NCBI GenBank assembly: GCA_965221775.1
Contig: CBDCSU010000006.1
Coordinates: 1,664,001 to 1,728,000, forward strand
Length of the DNA stretch: 64,000 nucleotides
Origin: Candidatus Latescibacterota bacterium
GTDB lineage: Bacteria; Latescibacterota; UBA2968; UBA8231
Direction of reading: 5' to 3'
In this document: in pieces, positions 1-9,495 of the stretch
Layout: each line of letters begins with the position of its first letter
How positions within the stretch are numbered: position 1 is the first letter of the stretch
The notes under the pieces: model-generated
The model's database searches: none
What the model was told of the DNA's origin: nothing
Seen by the model: only the letters and a program-made list of their open reading frames with translations
Position numbers and translations under genes: made by a program

Positions 1-260
1 AGGGGTGGCGAGCCCCCTCGCTGCGCTCGGGTCTCTGGGCCTCTTGGATGTGTACAGTTGATGACCCCGGCCCGGCGTAATGCGCCGCTCAGGCGCGGCC
101 TGCGCGGCCTGCGCCGCCGGCACCGCCCGAGGGGTCCGATCCACCCACACTCTATCTGTACCGTGTGGCGCCGGGCACGGGACCTGAGCCGGGGTGAACC
201 CGGCGCCACGCGATCCGGTGAAGCGCTGGCCCGATGGTCAGCGGCCGCAGGAGTGACAGC

Positions 261-1136
261 ATGCAGATCGTACTGAACTCGAAGTTCTTCGCGGACCTGC
301 CGGTCGCCGAGCTGGGCGCCAGGGCGCTGGAGCTGGGGTACGACGGGATCGACGTCTGCGTCCGACCGGGGCATCCGGTTCACCCTGGCAACGCGAGGGC
401 CGAGCTTCCGGGGGCGGTGGATTTGTGGCGCCGGCAGGGGCTCTCGTGCCCGCTGGCGACGGCGCCGACGGACTTCGTGGATCCCGCCGCACCTGGCGCC
501 GAAGGGCTGTACGCCGCCTGCGCCGAGGCGGGGGTCCCGCGGCTGAAGATCGGGTTCTGGCGGTTCGCGCCGGGCGCCGACTACTGGCAGGCCGTCGATG
601 CGGCGCGGAGAGATCTGGAGGGCTTCGCCGGGCTCAGCGAAAAGCACGGGGTCCAGACCTGCTACCAGGCGCACAGCGGCGCCTGCCTCGGCTCGAACTG
701 CGCCGGGCTGATGCACCTGATCCGCGGCTTCGACCCGCGCCTCGTGGGGGCCTATCCGGATCTCGGGCACCAGGCCCTCGACGGCGAGGACTGGGAGATG
801 GGACTGGCCATGGTGCGCGACCACCTCTCCGTGGTGGGCGTCAAGGACGCCATGTACCGCCGCGAGCCGGAGAGGACGCCGCCCTGGAACCCCTGCTTCG
901 TCAAGGTGGGGGACGGCTGCGTCGACTGGGGCCGCTGTCTCGGCATCCTGCGCGGCTTCGGCTTCGAGGGGCCGCTGACCGTGCACACCGAGTACAGCTT
1001 CGACGAGGCGATCATCCGCCAGGTGGGCTACGCCGAGAGCGCACCGCCCAACCTGGAGGAATGGGCCCGGGCCGACGCGGCCTGGCTGCGGCGGGCGCTG
1101 GCGGCGCTTCCGCCGGACAGCAGCGGCAGTCGGTAG
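261..1136 (+). CDS. Sugar phosphate isomerase/epimerase (xylose isomerase-like TIM barrel)
   Basis: GYDGID near the N-terminus, YPDLGH, VGVKD and VGDGCVDW...GFEGPLTVHTE motifs; AGGAG upstream of ATG 261. Confidence 0.85.
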   Translation: MQIVLNSKFFADLPVAELGARALELGYDGIDVCVRPGHPVHPGNARAELPGAVDLWRRQGLSCPLATAPTDFVDPAAPGAEGLYAACAEAGVPRLKIGFWRFAPGADYWQAVDAARRDLEGFAGLSEKHGVQTCYQAHSGACLGSNCAGLMHLIRGFDPRLVGAYPDLGHQALDGEDWEMGLAMVRDHLSVVGVKDAMYRREPERTPPWNPCFVKVGDGCVDWGRCLGILRGFGFEGPLTVHTEYSFDEAIIRQVGYAESAPPNLEEWARADAAWLRRALAALPPDSSGSR

Positions 1137-1204
1137 TCCCGGCCGGCGCGCCGGTGGCTCCGCCGCGTCCTGCACCCGCCCTCACCTCCCGGGGTGCGGA
1201 CCGC

Positions 1205-1918
1205 TCAAGCCTCTTCCCTGTAGTCCTTGATATCCTGCCAAGTCAGGCCGGGTCGGGAGAAGATCGCGTGGTAGCGGGCCTCTCGCTCCTGGATCTCCAG
1301 GCCCTTCTCCAGCACCATCGCGGGGTCGTCCCCCGCCGGGATCTTGACGACGCCGTCGCGGTCGGCGGCGACGATCTCCCCGGGGAAGATCAGCAGCTCG
1401 TTGACCGTGATCGGGTGATTGTGGCGCACCAGGCTCAGCACGCCGTGACCGGGGGATGTCCCCGTTCCCCAGACCGGCAGTCCCACCCGCTCGATCCCCG
1501 CCAGGTCCCGTATCGATCCGTCGACGATGATGCCGGACACGCCCAGGTGCTTGTGGGTGGCGGCCATGCCGTCTCCGAGGGTGGCGCCGCGTCCGGCGCG
1601 GGTGTCGACGTCCTTCATGATGCTCACCATCGGGGCCGGCGACTCGTCGAGGAAGTCGTAGTACTCGTACCAGTCCAGGGCCGGCATGTCGGGGTCGTGG
1701 GTGGTCAGCTCGCAGGTGGCGGCGTAGCCGACGGCCATGCCGAGCCCGGGCAGCATGCACTGCATCCCGGGGCCCATGTAGTTGAAGGGCATGCCGCCCT
1801 GCCCCTCGAGCTCGCGCCCGCCCTGGCTGGCGCCGCGGGCCTCGATGACGGCGTTGAAGATGGTGGCGGTGTCGAGCTTCCTGAGACCTTCGAAGACCTC
1901 CGGCGATACCGGGTTCAT
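1205..1918 (-). CDS. RraA family / HMG aldolase-like protein
   Basis: C-terminal part of ORF 1205..3367: LDTATIFNA, VGYAAT, GDGMA, DGSIRD, IFPGEIVAADRDGVV. Confidence 0.88.
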   Translation of the reverse strand: MNPVSPEVFEGLRKLDTATIFNAVIEARGASQGGRELEGQGGMPFNYMGPGMQCMLPGLGMAVGYAATCELTTHDPDMPALDWYEYYDFLDESPAPMVSIMKDVDTRAGRGATLGDGMAATHKHLGVSGIIVDGSIRDLAGIERVGLPVWGTGTSPGHGVLSLVRHNHPITVNELLIFPGEIVAADRDGVVKIPAGDDPAMVLEKGLEIQEREARYHAIFSRPGLTWQDIKDYREEA

Positions 1919-1950
1919 TCCCTGCCTCCTGTCGGGTTCTGAGATGCGTC

Positions 1951-2694
1951 CTACTTCAGCTCGATGATCTCGCGCTGCGCCTCGGTGAGGCCCTCCACGA
2001 CACGGTCGCTGAAGTGCAGGCCCTGGCCTCCCCAGTCCGGCATGTATCCGATGCTGTAGCAGTAGTAGAGGGTGCGGCGCGGACGGCCCGAGACGTTGAC
2101 CGTCGAGCCGTGGGTCAGGGCCTCGGTGAAGATGATGGCGTCCCCGGCCCTGGCAGGAACCGGCGCGAGGACCGGGGTCTCGTCGGGATGATGTCCCCAG
2201 GGACGCGGGAAGTTGCTCTTGTGGGCGCCCGGGACCACGGCGAAGCAGCCGTCCTCGACGTCGCAGTCGAGCAGGGGGAAGACCGCCTTGGTCAGGGTCG
2301 AGACCATCTGCCCGTTGCGGCAGTGATACTGGCACTTGGGGATGATCGGCGTGCCGTGCATGTGCAGGCCCGTGTAGCCGCCGCCCCAGCGGTAGATCGT
2401 GTAGGTGTGGTTCAGGCGCCAGGGCCCGCCGGTGACCTCGGCGACGACGTCGAGGACCTCGGGAATGTCGATCAGGGGAGAGAAGACCGGGGACGCTTCG
2501 AGGATGTTGGAGATGTAGAGCTCCTCCTCCGTCTTCTCGGTGCCGAGGCAGAGAGGAGGAGGGTAGTCCTCGGGGTCCATCTCCTCGAACTCGTCGAGGG
2601 ACTGGTTGCACGCCTCGAGGACGGACCGCGGCACCACGTCCTCCAGGACGATGAAGCCCTGCAGGTCGAAGAGGTACTTCTGTTCCGGCGTCAT
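1951..2694 (-). CDS. Phytanoyl-CoA dioxygenase (PhyH) family Fe(II)/2OG enzyme
   Basis: YLFDLQGFIVL start, VVPGAHK, AGDAIIFTEALTHG, RRTLYY. Confidence 0.85.
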   Translation of the reverse strand: MTPEQKYLFDLQGFIVLEDVVPRSVLEACNQSLDEFEEMDPEDYPPPLCLGTEKTEEELYISNILEASPVFSPLIDIPEVLDVVAEVTGGPWRLNHTYTIYRWGGGYTGLHMHGTPIIPKCQYHCRNGQMVSTLTKAVFPLLDCDVEDGCFAVVPGAHKSNFPRPWGHHPDETPVLAPVPARAGDAIIFTEALTHGSTVNVSGRPRRTLYYCYSIGYMPDWGGQGLHFSDRVVEGLTEAQREIIELK

Positions 2695-2875
2695 GGACCG
2701 CTCCCGGTGGATGGGCGCAGATCCTATTCCGCACCTTGGTGTCCGTCAACGAGGGGCGGTGCCGGCGGCGCCCGCCGGTACGCGGCACGAGCGCTTCGAC
2801 CTGCGCTGCCTTGACACCGTGGTCGCTACCACCGTAGAAGGTCCTGGCGCATCGAACAAGACGGAAAAGGTCAGG

Positions 2876-3739
2876 ATGACTATCAAAGTGGTGTGCTGGA
2901 ACATGGACCGGCGCGAGCAGCCGTGGCGCGAGCTCGAGCGCATGGCGAGTGACGGTGACGCGGACCTGGCCCTCCTTCAGGAAGCGGGCAGTCCGCCCGG
3001 AGAACTGGTGGACCTTGCCGCACATGCAGACGACGTGTTCTGGAGCCGGCATCTGTACGACCGCTGGCCCCTGGTCGTGAAACTGTCCGATCGAGTCCGG
3101 ATCGAGCCATATCGACAGGTTCCGCCGATCAGCGATCTCGGGGAAGATGCCATTGGCGTCAGTGGCATCGGCACCCTCGCGGCCGCGAGGGTGGTTCCGC
3201 GCAACAGCGAGGACGAGGCTTTCGTCGCGGTCTCCATGTATGCGCGCTGGCTCAAGCCTCATCCGCATGCCGGGAGCAGTTGGAGGGTCGGCTGCTCGGA
3301 TGCGTCGGCCCACCGAATCATCTCGGACCTCTCCGCGTTCATCGGCCATCGCAACCCCGCAAAGCACAGGATTCTGGCTGCCGGCGACCTGAACATGCTC
3401 TACGGCGCGACGGGTACGAAGCTGTCACTGCCGGAGCGCGACCGCACCGTCTGGGATCGGATGCAGGCCCTCGGGCTGGAGTTCATGGGGCCGCAGGCGC
3501 CGAACGGCCGGCGCGCGGAGGCAGAGCCGGACGACGTTCCGTCCGACACCAGGAACGTCCCGACGTTCTGCGCTCGCGGGGCGAGTCCGGAGACCGCGGC
3601 CAATCAACTGGACTACGCCTTCGCATCTCGCGGGTTTCACCGGAACGTCTCGGTGCGGGCGATGAACGACGTGGAGGAATGGGGACCCAGCGATCACTGC
3701 CGCCTGATGATCGAGGTGCGAACTGGGGGCCAGGGCTGA
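2876..3739 (+). CDS. Endonuclease/exonuclease/phosphatase (EEP) family protein
   Basis: VVCWNM, LALLQEA, AGDLN, LDYAF and SDHC motifs. Confidence 0.88.
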   Translation: MTIKVVCWNMDRREQPWRELERMASDGDADLALLQEAGSPPGELVDLAAHADDVFWSRHLYDRWPLVVKLSDRVRIEPYRQVPPISDLGEDAIGVSGIGTLAAARVVPRNSEDEAFVAVSMYARWLKPHPHAGSSWRVGCSDASAHRIISDLSAFIGHRNPAKHRILAAGDLNMLYGATGTKLSLPERDRTVWDRMQALGLEFMGPQAPNGRRAEAEPDDVPSDTRNVPTFCARGASPETAANQLDYAFASRGFHRNVSVRAMNDVEEWGPSDHCRLMIEVRTGGQG

Positions 3740-3824
3740 CTGAGATCCCTTGTCCGCTTTGCAGACCGGGTCGGCGGATCGGATCTTCCCTCACGGACAG
3801 GGATCATCGGCAAGGAGGTCCGCC

Positions 3825-4927
3825 ATGAAGCCGTGTCGAACAGCCCTCCTGATCCTGGCGATTACCGCTGCCGGCGCCGAGCCGGGATGGTGCCAGGACG
3901 TGTTCAGCGAATCCCTCGGTCCCAGGACCACCTACGGTACCACCTCCGTTGCCGTCGATCCCCGCAATCCGGAGGTGCTCTTCGCGGGCTCCGACGCGGA
4001 CGGGCTCTTCGTCAGCAGGGACGGCGGCGCGAACTGGCAGGCCGTCTGGTCGCAGGGGATCGAGTATATCGAGATCGATCCCGGCAACCCCGATGTCGTC
4101 TACGCGGCGGGGGACCGCATCATCCGGAGTCTGGACGGCGGCCGCACCTGGAGCGCGGCGAGCTGGGGCCCCCTCCCCTGGGTGAGGTCCCTGAAGGCGA
4201 ACCCCCACCTTCCCGGCGTGGTCTACGCGGGACTGGGGGACGGGATCCTGCGATCGACCGACTACGGAGAGACCTGGCATCGCATCCTGTCAGGGACGGA
4301 TCTGCCCGAAGAGGACCGCGGGGTATGGGCGATGTCCGTCGACCCTTGGGACGCCGGGACCATCTATGCCGCTGGGTCCGGCCTGCGAAGGAGCACCGAC
4401 GGCGGGGACTCCTGGGAGGCCATCGAGAACGGTATTCCATTCGACGAGGTGAGGAAGAGCGAGAAGTGGGGCGAGTTGCTGGTTACCGCGCTGGCCGCCG
4501 ACCCGGAGGAATCCGGAGTCGTGACTGCCGGGATCACGCAGTTCCCGCGCGAAACCCCGGGCGGATCTACAGAAGCACGGACGGAGGCGCCAGCTGGAGA
4601 TTGATCTCCGAGGTGGGCAGCTGGCTGACGGCGCTGTTCATCGATCCGGTTCATCCCACGACAATCCTGGTCGGCACGGGGGCGAAGAGGAGCCTGTCGG
4701 GCACATTTCTGAGCACCGACGGAGGCCTGAGCTGGGGACAGATCCAGGGAGGCGGGGCTCGTCAGATCGTCGCCTCTCCAGGCGAGGCCGGGACCTACTT
4801 CACCGCCATGAGGGCCGGCGAAACCCGCGGTGTGGTCCGCATCTCGATCGGCACCACCACGGCCATCGGAAGCACCGGCTGGGGGTCCCTCAAGGCCCTC
4901 ACGGCTCCACCATCACCATCGAGATAG
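3825..4927 (+). pseudogene. Secreted BNR/Asp-box beta-propeller (VPS10/Ycf48-like), frameshifted near 4563
   Basis: Signal peptide and SxDGGxxW repeats in ORF 3750..4604 continue in another frame (IYRSTDGGASW...STDGGLSW) to 4927; could be a sequencing error. Confidence 0.75.
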
Positions 4928-4946
4928 CCCGGGCCTCGAGGAGACC

Positions 4947-5660
4947 ATGCGCGTGCTGATCATGTCCGACATGGAAGGCGTCAGCGGCATCGTGGTGTGG
5001 AACCAGGTGACCGGCGGCGACCCGATGTTCGAGGAGGGGCGGCAGCTCTACACGGAGGAGATCAATGCCGCCGTGCGCGGAGCCAGGGCCGCCGGGGCGA
5101 CGGAGGTCGTCGTCGTCGACTGCCACGGCGCCGGCAGGGGCTGGAGCTTCAACTCCCTCGTCCCCGAGAAGATCCACCCCGATTGCGAGTGGGTCGCCCA
5201 TCATGGGTGGGGCCGCTACGACGACAGGAATCTCTGGTTCAACGACGATCTCGTGGGTGAGACCGGCGTCAACGCGGCGCTCAACGGCCACTACGGGGTC
5301 CCCGTCGCCCTGGTCACCGGCGACGCCGCCGTCTGCCGCGAGGCCAGGGCCCTCCTCGGCGAATCGCTGCCAACCGTTGCGGTGAAGAAGGGGTTGAGCC
5401 GCTTCAGCGCCCGGCAGCTGGCGCCCGTCCGCGCCCGCGAGCTGATCGAGGAGGCGGCCCGGAAGGCGCTCACCGAGCCGGTCCGCACCAAGCCCTACAT
5501 CCCCGAGCGGCCGACGACGATCCGGATCGAGCTGGCCAGCGTCGATCAACTCGCCGATTTCAAGGGCCGGGCCGGGGTGGAAACGACGGGGCCTCTCTCC
5601 GTCGAGAGCCGCGCCGCGGACTGGATGACCGCCTGGAACCAGTTCTGGCCCCTCGCCTGA
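4947..5660 (+). CDS. M55 family D-aminopeptidase (DppA-like) with an internal in-frame deletion
   Basis: SDMEG, DCHG, GETG and VTGD motifs; the G(Y/M)HA...HT segment is absent; 237 aa. Confidence 0.85.
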   Translation: MRVLIMSDMEGVSGIVVWNQVTGGDPMFEEGRQLYTEEINAAVRGARAAGATEVVVVDCHGAGRGWSFNSLVPEKIHPDCEWVAHHGWGRYDDRNLWFNDDLVGETGVNAALNGHYGVPVALVTGDAAVCREARALLGESLPTVAVKKGLSRFSARQLAPVRARELIEEAARKALTEPVRTKPYIPERPTTIRIELASVDQLADFKGRAGVETTGPLSVESRAADWMTAWNQFWPLA

Positions 5661-5681
5661 GCGGGACCGATCCCTGCCGGC

Positions 5682-6518
5682 CTACTCGGCCCGCCACTCC
5701 CCGTCGAAACCGACGTAGCCGTCCATGTAGTGCTTGAGCCGCTCGGGCAGCCTCTCGGCCAGGGCCCGGGCCGAGGCCGGCAGGGGCCAGGGCGCGTCGA
5801 TGCGGAACGACCTGGGCCGGAAGCCGATGCCGCAGGAGTAGCGGCGCTCGCGGGTGGGCATGTTGGCGTGCCAGGTGAGGGCGGCGAAGCAGATGAGGTC
5901 CCCCGGGTCGGCCAGGACCGGCACGCAGCCGGGCACCGCCATGGCGTCGTACGGCGCGTCCGCCGAGCCCTCGGGTTGCAGGCCGCCACGGTCCGGACCG
6001 ATGGCGTACCCCTCCGGCCCTTCCCAGCCGGGGTAGTGGGACTTCTCGATGACGGCGATGCCGCTGCGGCCGGGATCGCTGCCGTTGAGGTAGAACCAGA
6101 GGCCGCTGGGGATGGGAAAGCGGTTGAGCACGTCGTTGGCGCGCTGCGGGCGGGCGATGTGCCCGCGGTGGTCCTGGTGCCAGCCGCCCATGCCCTCGCC
6201 CGGCGTGCGCAGGATGGCGGCGGACCTGTGCAGGCAGAGGTCAGCGGTGCCGTGGACGAGACGGAGGAAGCGCATGAAGGCGGGGTTGTCGACCAGCTCC
6301 CAGACCTCCTCGCTGTCCTCGGCGAAGGTCATGTGGTAGCGGTTGGAAGCCGGCCCGAGATCGCCGTCTGGGTCGAGGTGGCGGTCGATGCTGGCCTTCA
6401 GCGAGGCCACCATCTCCCGGTCGATCATTCCCCGGATCACGCAGAAGCCGTGCTCGTCCAGGCAGGCCAGGGCCGTCTCGTGGTCGTCGCGGTCGAAGTG
6501 GTAGTTGTAGTCGGGCAT
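5682..6518 (-). CDS. Phytanoyl-CoA dioxygenase (PhyH) family protein
   Basis: LDEHGFCVI, WHQD, PGDLICFAALTWH. Confidence 0.85.
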   Translation of the reverse strand: MPDYNYHFDRDDHETALACLDEHGFCVIRGMIDREMVASLKASIDRHLDPDGDLGPASNRYHMTFAEDSEEVWELVDNPAFMRFLRLVHGTADLCLHRSAAILRTPGEGMGGWHQDHRGHIARPQRANDVLNRFPIPSGLWFYLNGSDPGRSGIAVIEKSHYPGWEGPEGYAIGPDRGGLQPEGSADAPYDAMAVPGCVPVLADPGDLICFAALTWHANMPTRERRYSCGIGFRPRSFRIDAPWPLPASARALAERLPERLKHYMDGYVGFDGEWRAE

Positions 6519-6671
6519 GGCGCCGTGGAGCCTCCTCTCACGAGGTTACCGTACGAAAACCAGCGGGTCCTTCCCATCTCGCCACGGGGATCACGGAGGG
6601 GCCTCGCGCCCGCGGGCCGGCCACAGGAGCCCCCGTGGCCGGCTCAAGCCCCCCATGGAAAGGAGCTATCC

Positions 6672-9383
6672 GTGCCTCTTCTCAACGTCGACAGGGCCCG
6701 CGAGAACGTGGCCCGCCACACGTGGGCGCAGGCCATCCTCGAAGGGTGGAAGCAGCAGGTGGCCTACCTGATGGAGCAGGACCGCGGCTTCATCGAGGCG
6801 ATGATGCCCGAGCTGACCCCCTGGCCGCAGTACGGCCAGAACTGCCCGGTCTGCGTCGGCCGCCTCTCCACCATGGGGGAGACCGGCATCTACGACTGGG
6901 ATGTCCGCGATCCCGACCGCCTGGTCTGCAAGTACTGCAAGACCGAGTACCCCGGCCCCGACCACCCCGAGACCGGGAGCGTCACCGCCCCCCGGATGGG
7001 CCAGACCTTCACCTTCTACCTGACCGACGGGGAGCGGGCCCATCCCGGGGACAGGTCGGGCCGCCACGCCTTCAAGTGGGTGAACTGGCCCGTGCACACC
7101 AGCTGGACCGGGATCATCCGCTCGATGAAGATCAACTGGTGCTTCGAGAAGATGCTGCCCCTCGCCAAGCTCTACGCCCTCACCGGCGAGGTGCGCTATG
7201 CCCGCTGGTCGGCGTGGATCATGGACTGCCTGGCGCGGCGCTATCCGACCTGGCTGTTCCACTCCTACGACGGCACCGTGGCCGACTGCCCGCCGGGGGA
7301 GGCGGCCGCTTCCATGGGCGCCCATCCACCGGGCGGGCGCTTCCCCCCGGAGGCTATCATCACCGCCTTCGAGGGGCGTCACCTTCAGGAGGACCACGCC
7401 GTCCTCAACAACGGCTTCTGGGGCGCCGGACGCATGGGGTGCAGCGGCTCCGACGGCCGGATGATCCTCTCGGTCACCCTCGCCTGGGACCTGATCCGCG
7501 GCGCCCGGGAGGCCGACGGCTCCCCGGTGATCACGCCGGAGATGGACCGCCGCATCGTCGACGACCTCATCCTCGCCGGGTGGGCGGACACCGAGAACTG
7601 GAACGCCATCAACAACAAGTGCGGCCCCGGCCGCGCCCTGAGCGCCGCGGCGGGCACCCTCTTCGGGAAGCCGGAGAGCGTGCGCCGCGCCATCGAGGGC
7701 CTCGAGACCCTGCTGGAGGAGGCCTTCCACTTCGACGGCTTCTGCACCGAGTCGCCGGGCTACTCCTCCATGCACCTCAACCTGCTGCGCGACATCCCCG
7801 AGCTGCTCACCGGGTACTCCGACCCGGAGGGCTACGCGCCGGAGAGCGGGCCCCGCCTGGACGACCTCGACCCCTTCCGGCAGTTCGACCGCTACCGCCT
7901 GGCCCTGGAGAGCATGGCACGCATGCTCGACCCCAACCTGCAGGACCCCGTCATCGGCGACTCCCACCACGGCCAGGGCATCGACCCCATCCACGCCGAG
8001 GTCCTGGCCGCCCACTACGGCGGCGGCTACGCCGGCCTGCTGGAGAAGGCCCAGGGCGCTCCCCTGTCGGAGAAGGGGACGGAGTACGCCCTGTGGCACC
8101 GGGACCCCGGTCTGAAGGCCGCGGGTGAGACCGGCCTGCCGCACCGCACCGAGTGGTTCCCGGGCTGGCACGTGGCCGTCCTGCGCGGCGGCGACCCGGA
8201 GGGGCACACGGCCCTGTACCTCAACGGCTATGCCTGCGGCGGCCATCGCCACTACGACAGCCTGGGGCTCATCTACATCGCCCACGGGCGGGAGATGGCC
8301 GCCGACCGCGGCTACATCTGGGATGACCCGAGGAACGCCTGGACCCGCAGCACCCTCTCCCACAACATCGTCACCGTCGACGGCCGCAGTCAGGAAGGCC
8401 GCCCCGAGCCCGCCGCCCTGGAGCTCTTCGGGGCGGGCGCCGGCGTCGAGGTCGTGCAGGCCTCGGCCCGCCAGTACGAGCAGTGCGGGCGCTACCAGCG
8501 GACCTGCGCCCTCGTCCAGCTCCCCGGCGGAGGGACCTACGCCGTCGACTTCTTCCGCGTCGACGGGGGCCGCCTGCACCAGTACGGCTTCCACTGCAAC
8601 GGACGCCTGGCGGGTATCGATGGCGCGAACCTGGAGCCCGTGGACGAGGAGATCGAGTGGCTGGCCAACCTGCGCGCCGGCCGGCCGCGGCAGCCCTTCA
8701 CCGCCACCTGGCAGGAGCAGGAGGTGCGCATGGACCTCACCCTCCTCAACCCCGTGGACCGCCTGCTTCTGGCCGATGCCCCCGGCTGGCGCTCGGACAC
8801 CGGCGACCAGCTCCACGCCCCGCCCGTGCAGCAGATCCTGGCCGAGCGCCGCGGCGCCGCGGACCTGTCGAGCCGCTACGCCGCTGTCATCACCCCCTAC
8901 GTCGAGGAGTCACCGGTGCGCGGGGCCCGGCTGCTGCTGGACGATCCCGCCACCGGCGCCCTCGGCATCGCCGTCGAGTGGCAGGGCCGCACCGACTACA
9001 TCCTCTCGGCGCCGGAGGGCGGCGCCCACGACCTCGGTCCGGTCTCCATCGAGGGCCGCTTCGGCTTCGCTTCCGTCGACGGCGAGGGGAATCCACGGCG
9101 GGCCTTCCTGCTCTGCGGGACCACCCTGCAGTGCGGAGGCCGCGGCCTTCGGCTCGACCAGGCGCAGATCCCGCTGGAGGTCGCCTCGGCGCAGGGCCGC
9201 ACCTTCCACCTCGCCGAAGCCGTGCCCGAGCCGGAAGCCCTCCCCGGGAGCTGGCTGCTGGCGGCGGATACTGGCTACGAGGTCGAGAGCGCCACCGAGA
9301 GGTCGATCACCGTGCGGGACTACCCCGCCGTGGCGTGCGGCGAGATCCGGCTCCTCGGGGCGGCGGCCTTCGTGGAGGAGTGA
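6672..9383 (+). CDS. Heparinase II/III-like polysaccharide lyase family protein
   Basis: GTG start after AGGAG; DGFCTESPGY, GHRHYDSLG and SHNIVTVDG motifs. Confidence 0.82.
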   Translation: MPLLNVDRARENVARHTWAQAILEGWKQQVAYLMEQDRGFIEAMMPELTPWPQYGQNCPVCVGRLSTMGETGIYDWDVRDPDRLVCKYCKTEYPGPDHPETGSVTAPRMGQTFTFYLTDGERAHPGDRSGRHAFKWVNWPVHTSWTGIIRSMKINWCFEKMLPLAKLYALTGEVRYARWSAWIMDCLARRYPTWLFHSYDGTVADCPPGEAAASMGAHPPGGRFPPEAIITAFEGRHLQEDHAVLNNGFWGAGRMGCSGSDGRMILSVTLAWDLIRGAREADGSPVITPEMDRRIVDDLILAGWADTENWNAINNKCGPGRALSAAAGTLFGKPESVRRAIEGLETLLEEAFHFDGFCTESPGYSSMHLNLLRDIPELLTGYSDPEGYAPESGPRLDDLDPFRQFDRYRLALESMARMLDPNLQDPVIGDSHHGQGIDPIHAEVLAAHYGGGYAGLLEKAQGAPLSEKGTEYALWHRDPGLKAAGETGLPHRTEWFPGWHVAVLRGGDPEGHTALYLNGYACGGHRHYDSLGLIYIAHGREMAADRGYIWDDPRNAWTRSTLSHNIVTVDGRSQEGRPEPAALELFGAGAGVEVVQASARQYEQCGRYQRTCALVQLPGGGTYAVDFFRVDGGRLHQYGFHCNGRLAGIDGANLEPVDEEIEWLANLRAGRPRQPFTATWQEQEVRMDLTLLNPVDRLLLADAPGWRSDTGDQLHAPPVQQILAERRGAADLSSRYAAVITPYVEESPVRGARLLLDDPATGALGIAVEWQGRTDYILSAPEGGAHDLGPVSIEGRFGFASVDGEGNPRRAFLLCGTTLQCGGRGLRLDQAQIPLEVASAQGRTFHLAEAVPEPEALPGSWLLAADTGYEVESATERSITVRDYPAVACGEIRLLGAAAFVEE

Positions 9384-9472
9384 CCCCGCGCCCGGGGCTC
9401 AGGGACCGCCTTGCTGCGGGGGTATGACCGCCGCCGGCAGGGATGGGCGGCCTCGAGCCCCCGGGTGCAGGG
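9384..9472. terminator. Long imperfect inverted repeat between convergent genes
   Basis: ccccgcgcccggggctc (9384) pairs with gagcccccgggtgcagggg-like sequence (about 9455); no clear U-tract. Confidence 0.35.
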
Positions 9473-9495
9473 ACCCGTGGCGGGCGGCTCGGGAG

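Noticed and set aside
193-222. ggtgaacccggc, identical to the -35 region of the ECF promoter candidate at 34015
   Set aside because: The matching -10 position reads GGTGAA rather than TGTCAA; a 12-mer match in GC-rich DNA may be chance
58-276. 72-aa ORF and short cgcggcctg tandem repeat
   Set aside because: Low-complexity Arg-rich translation with no motifs; probably non-coding
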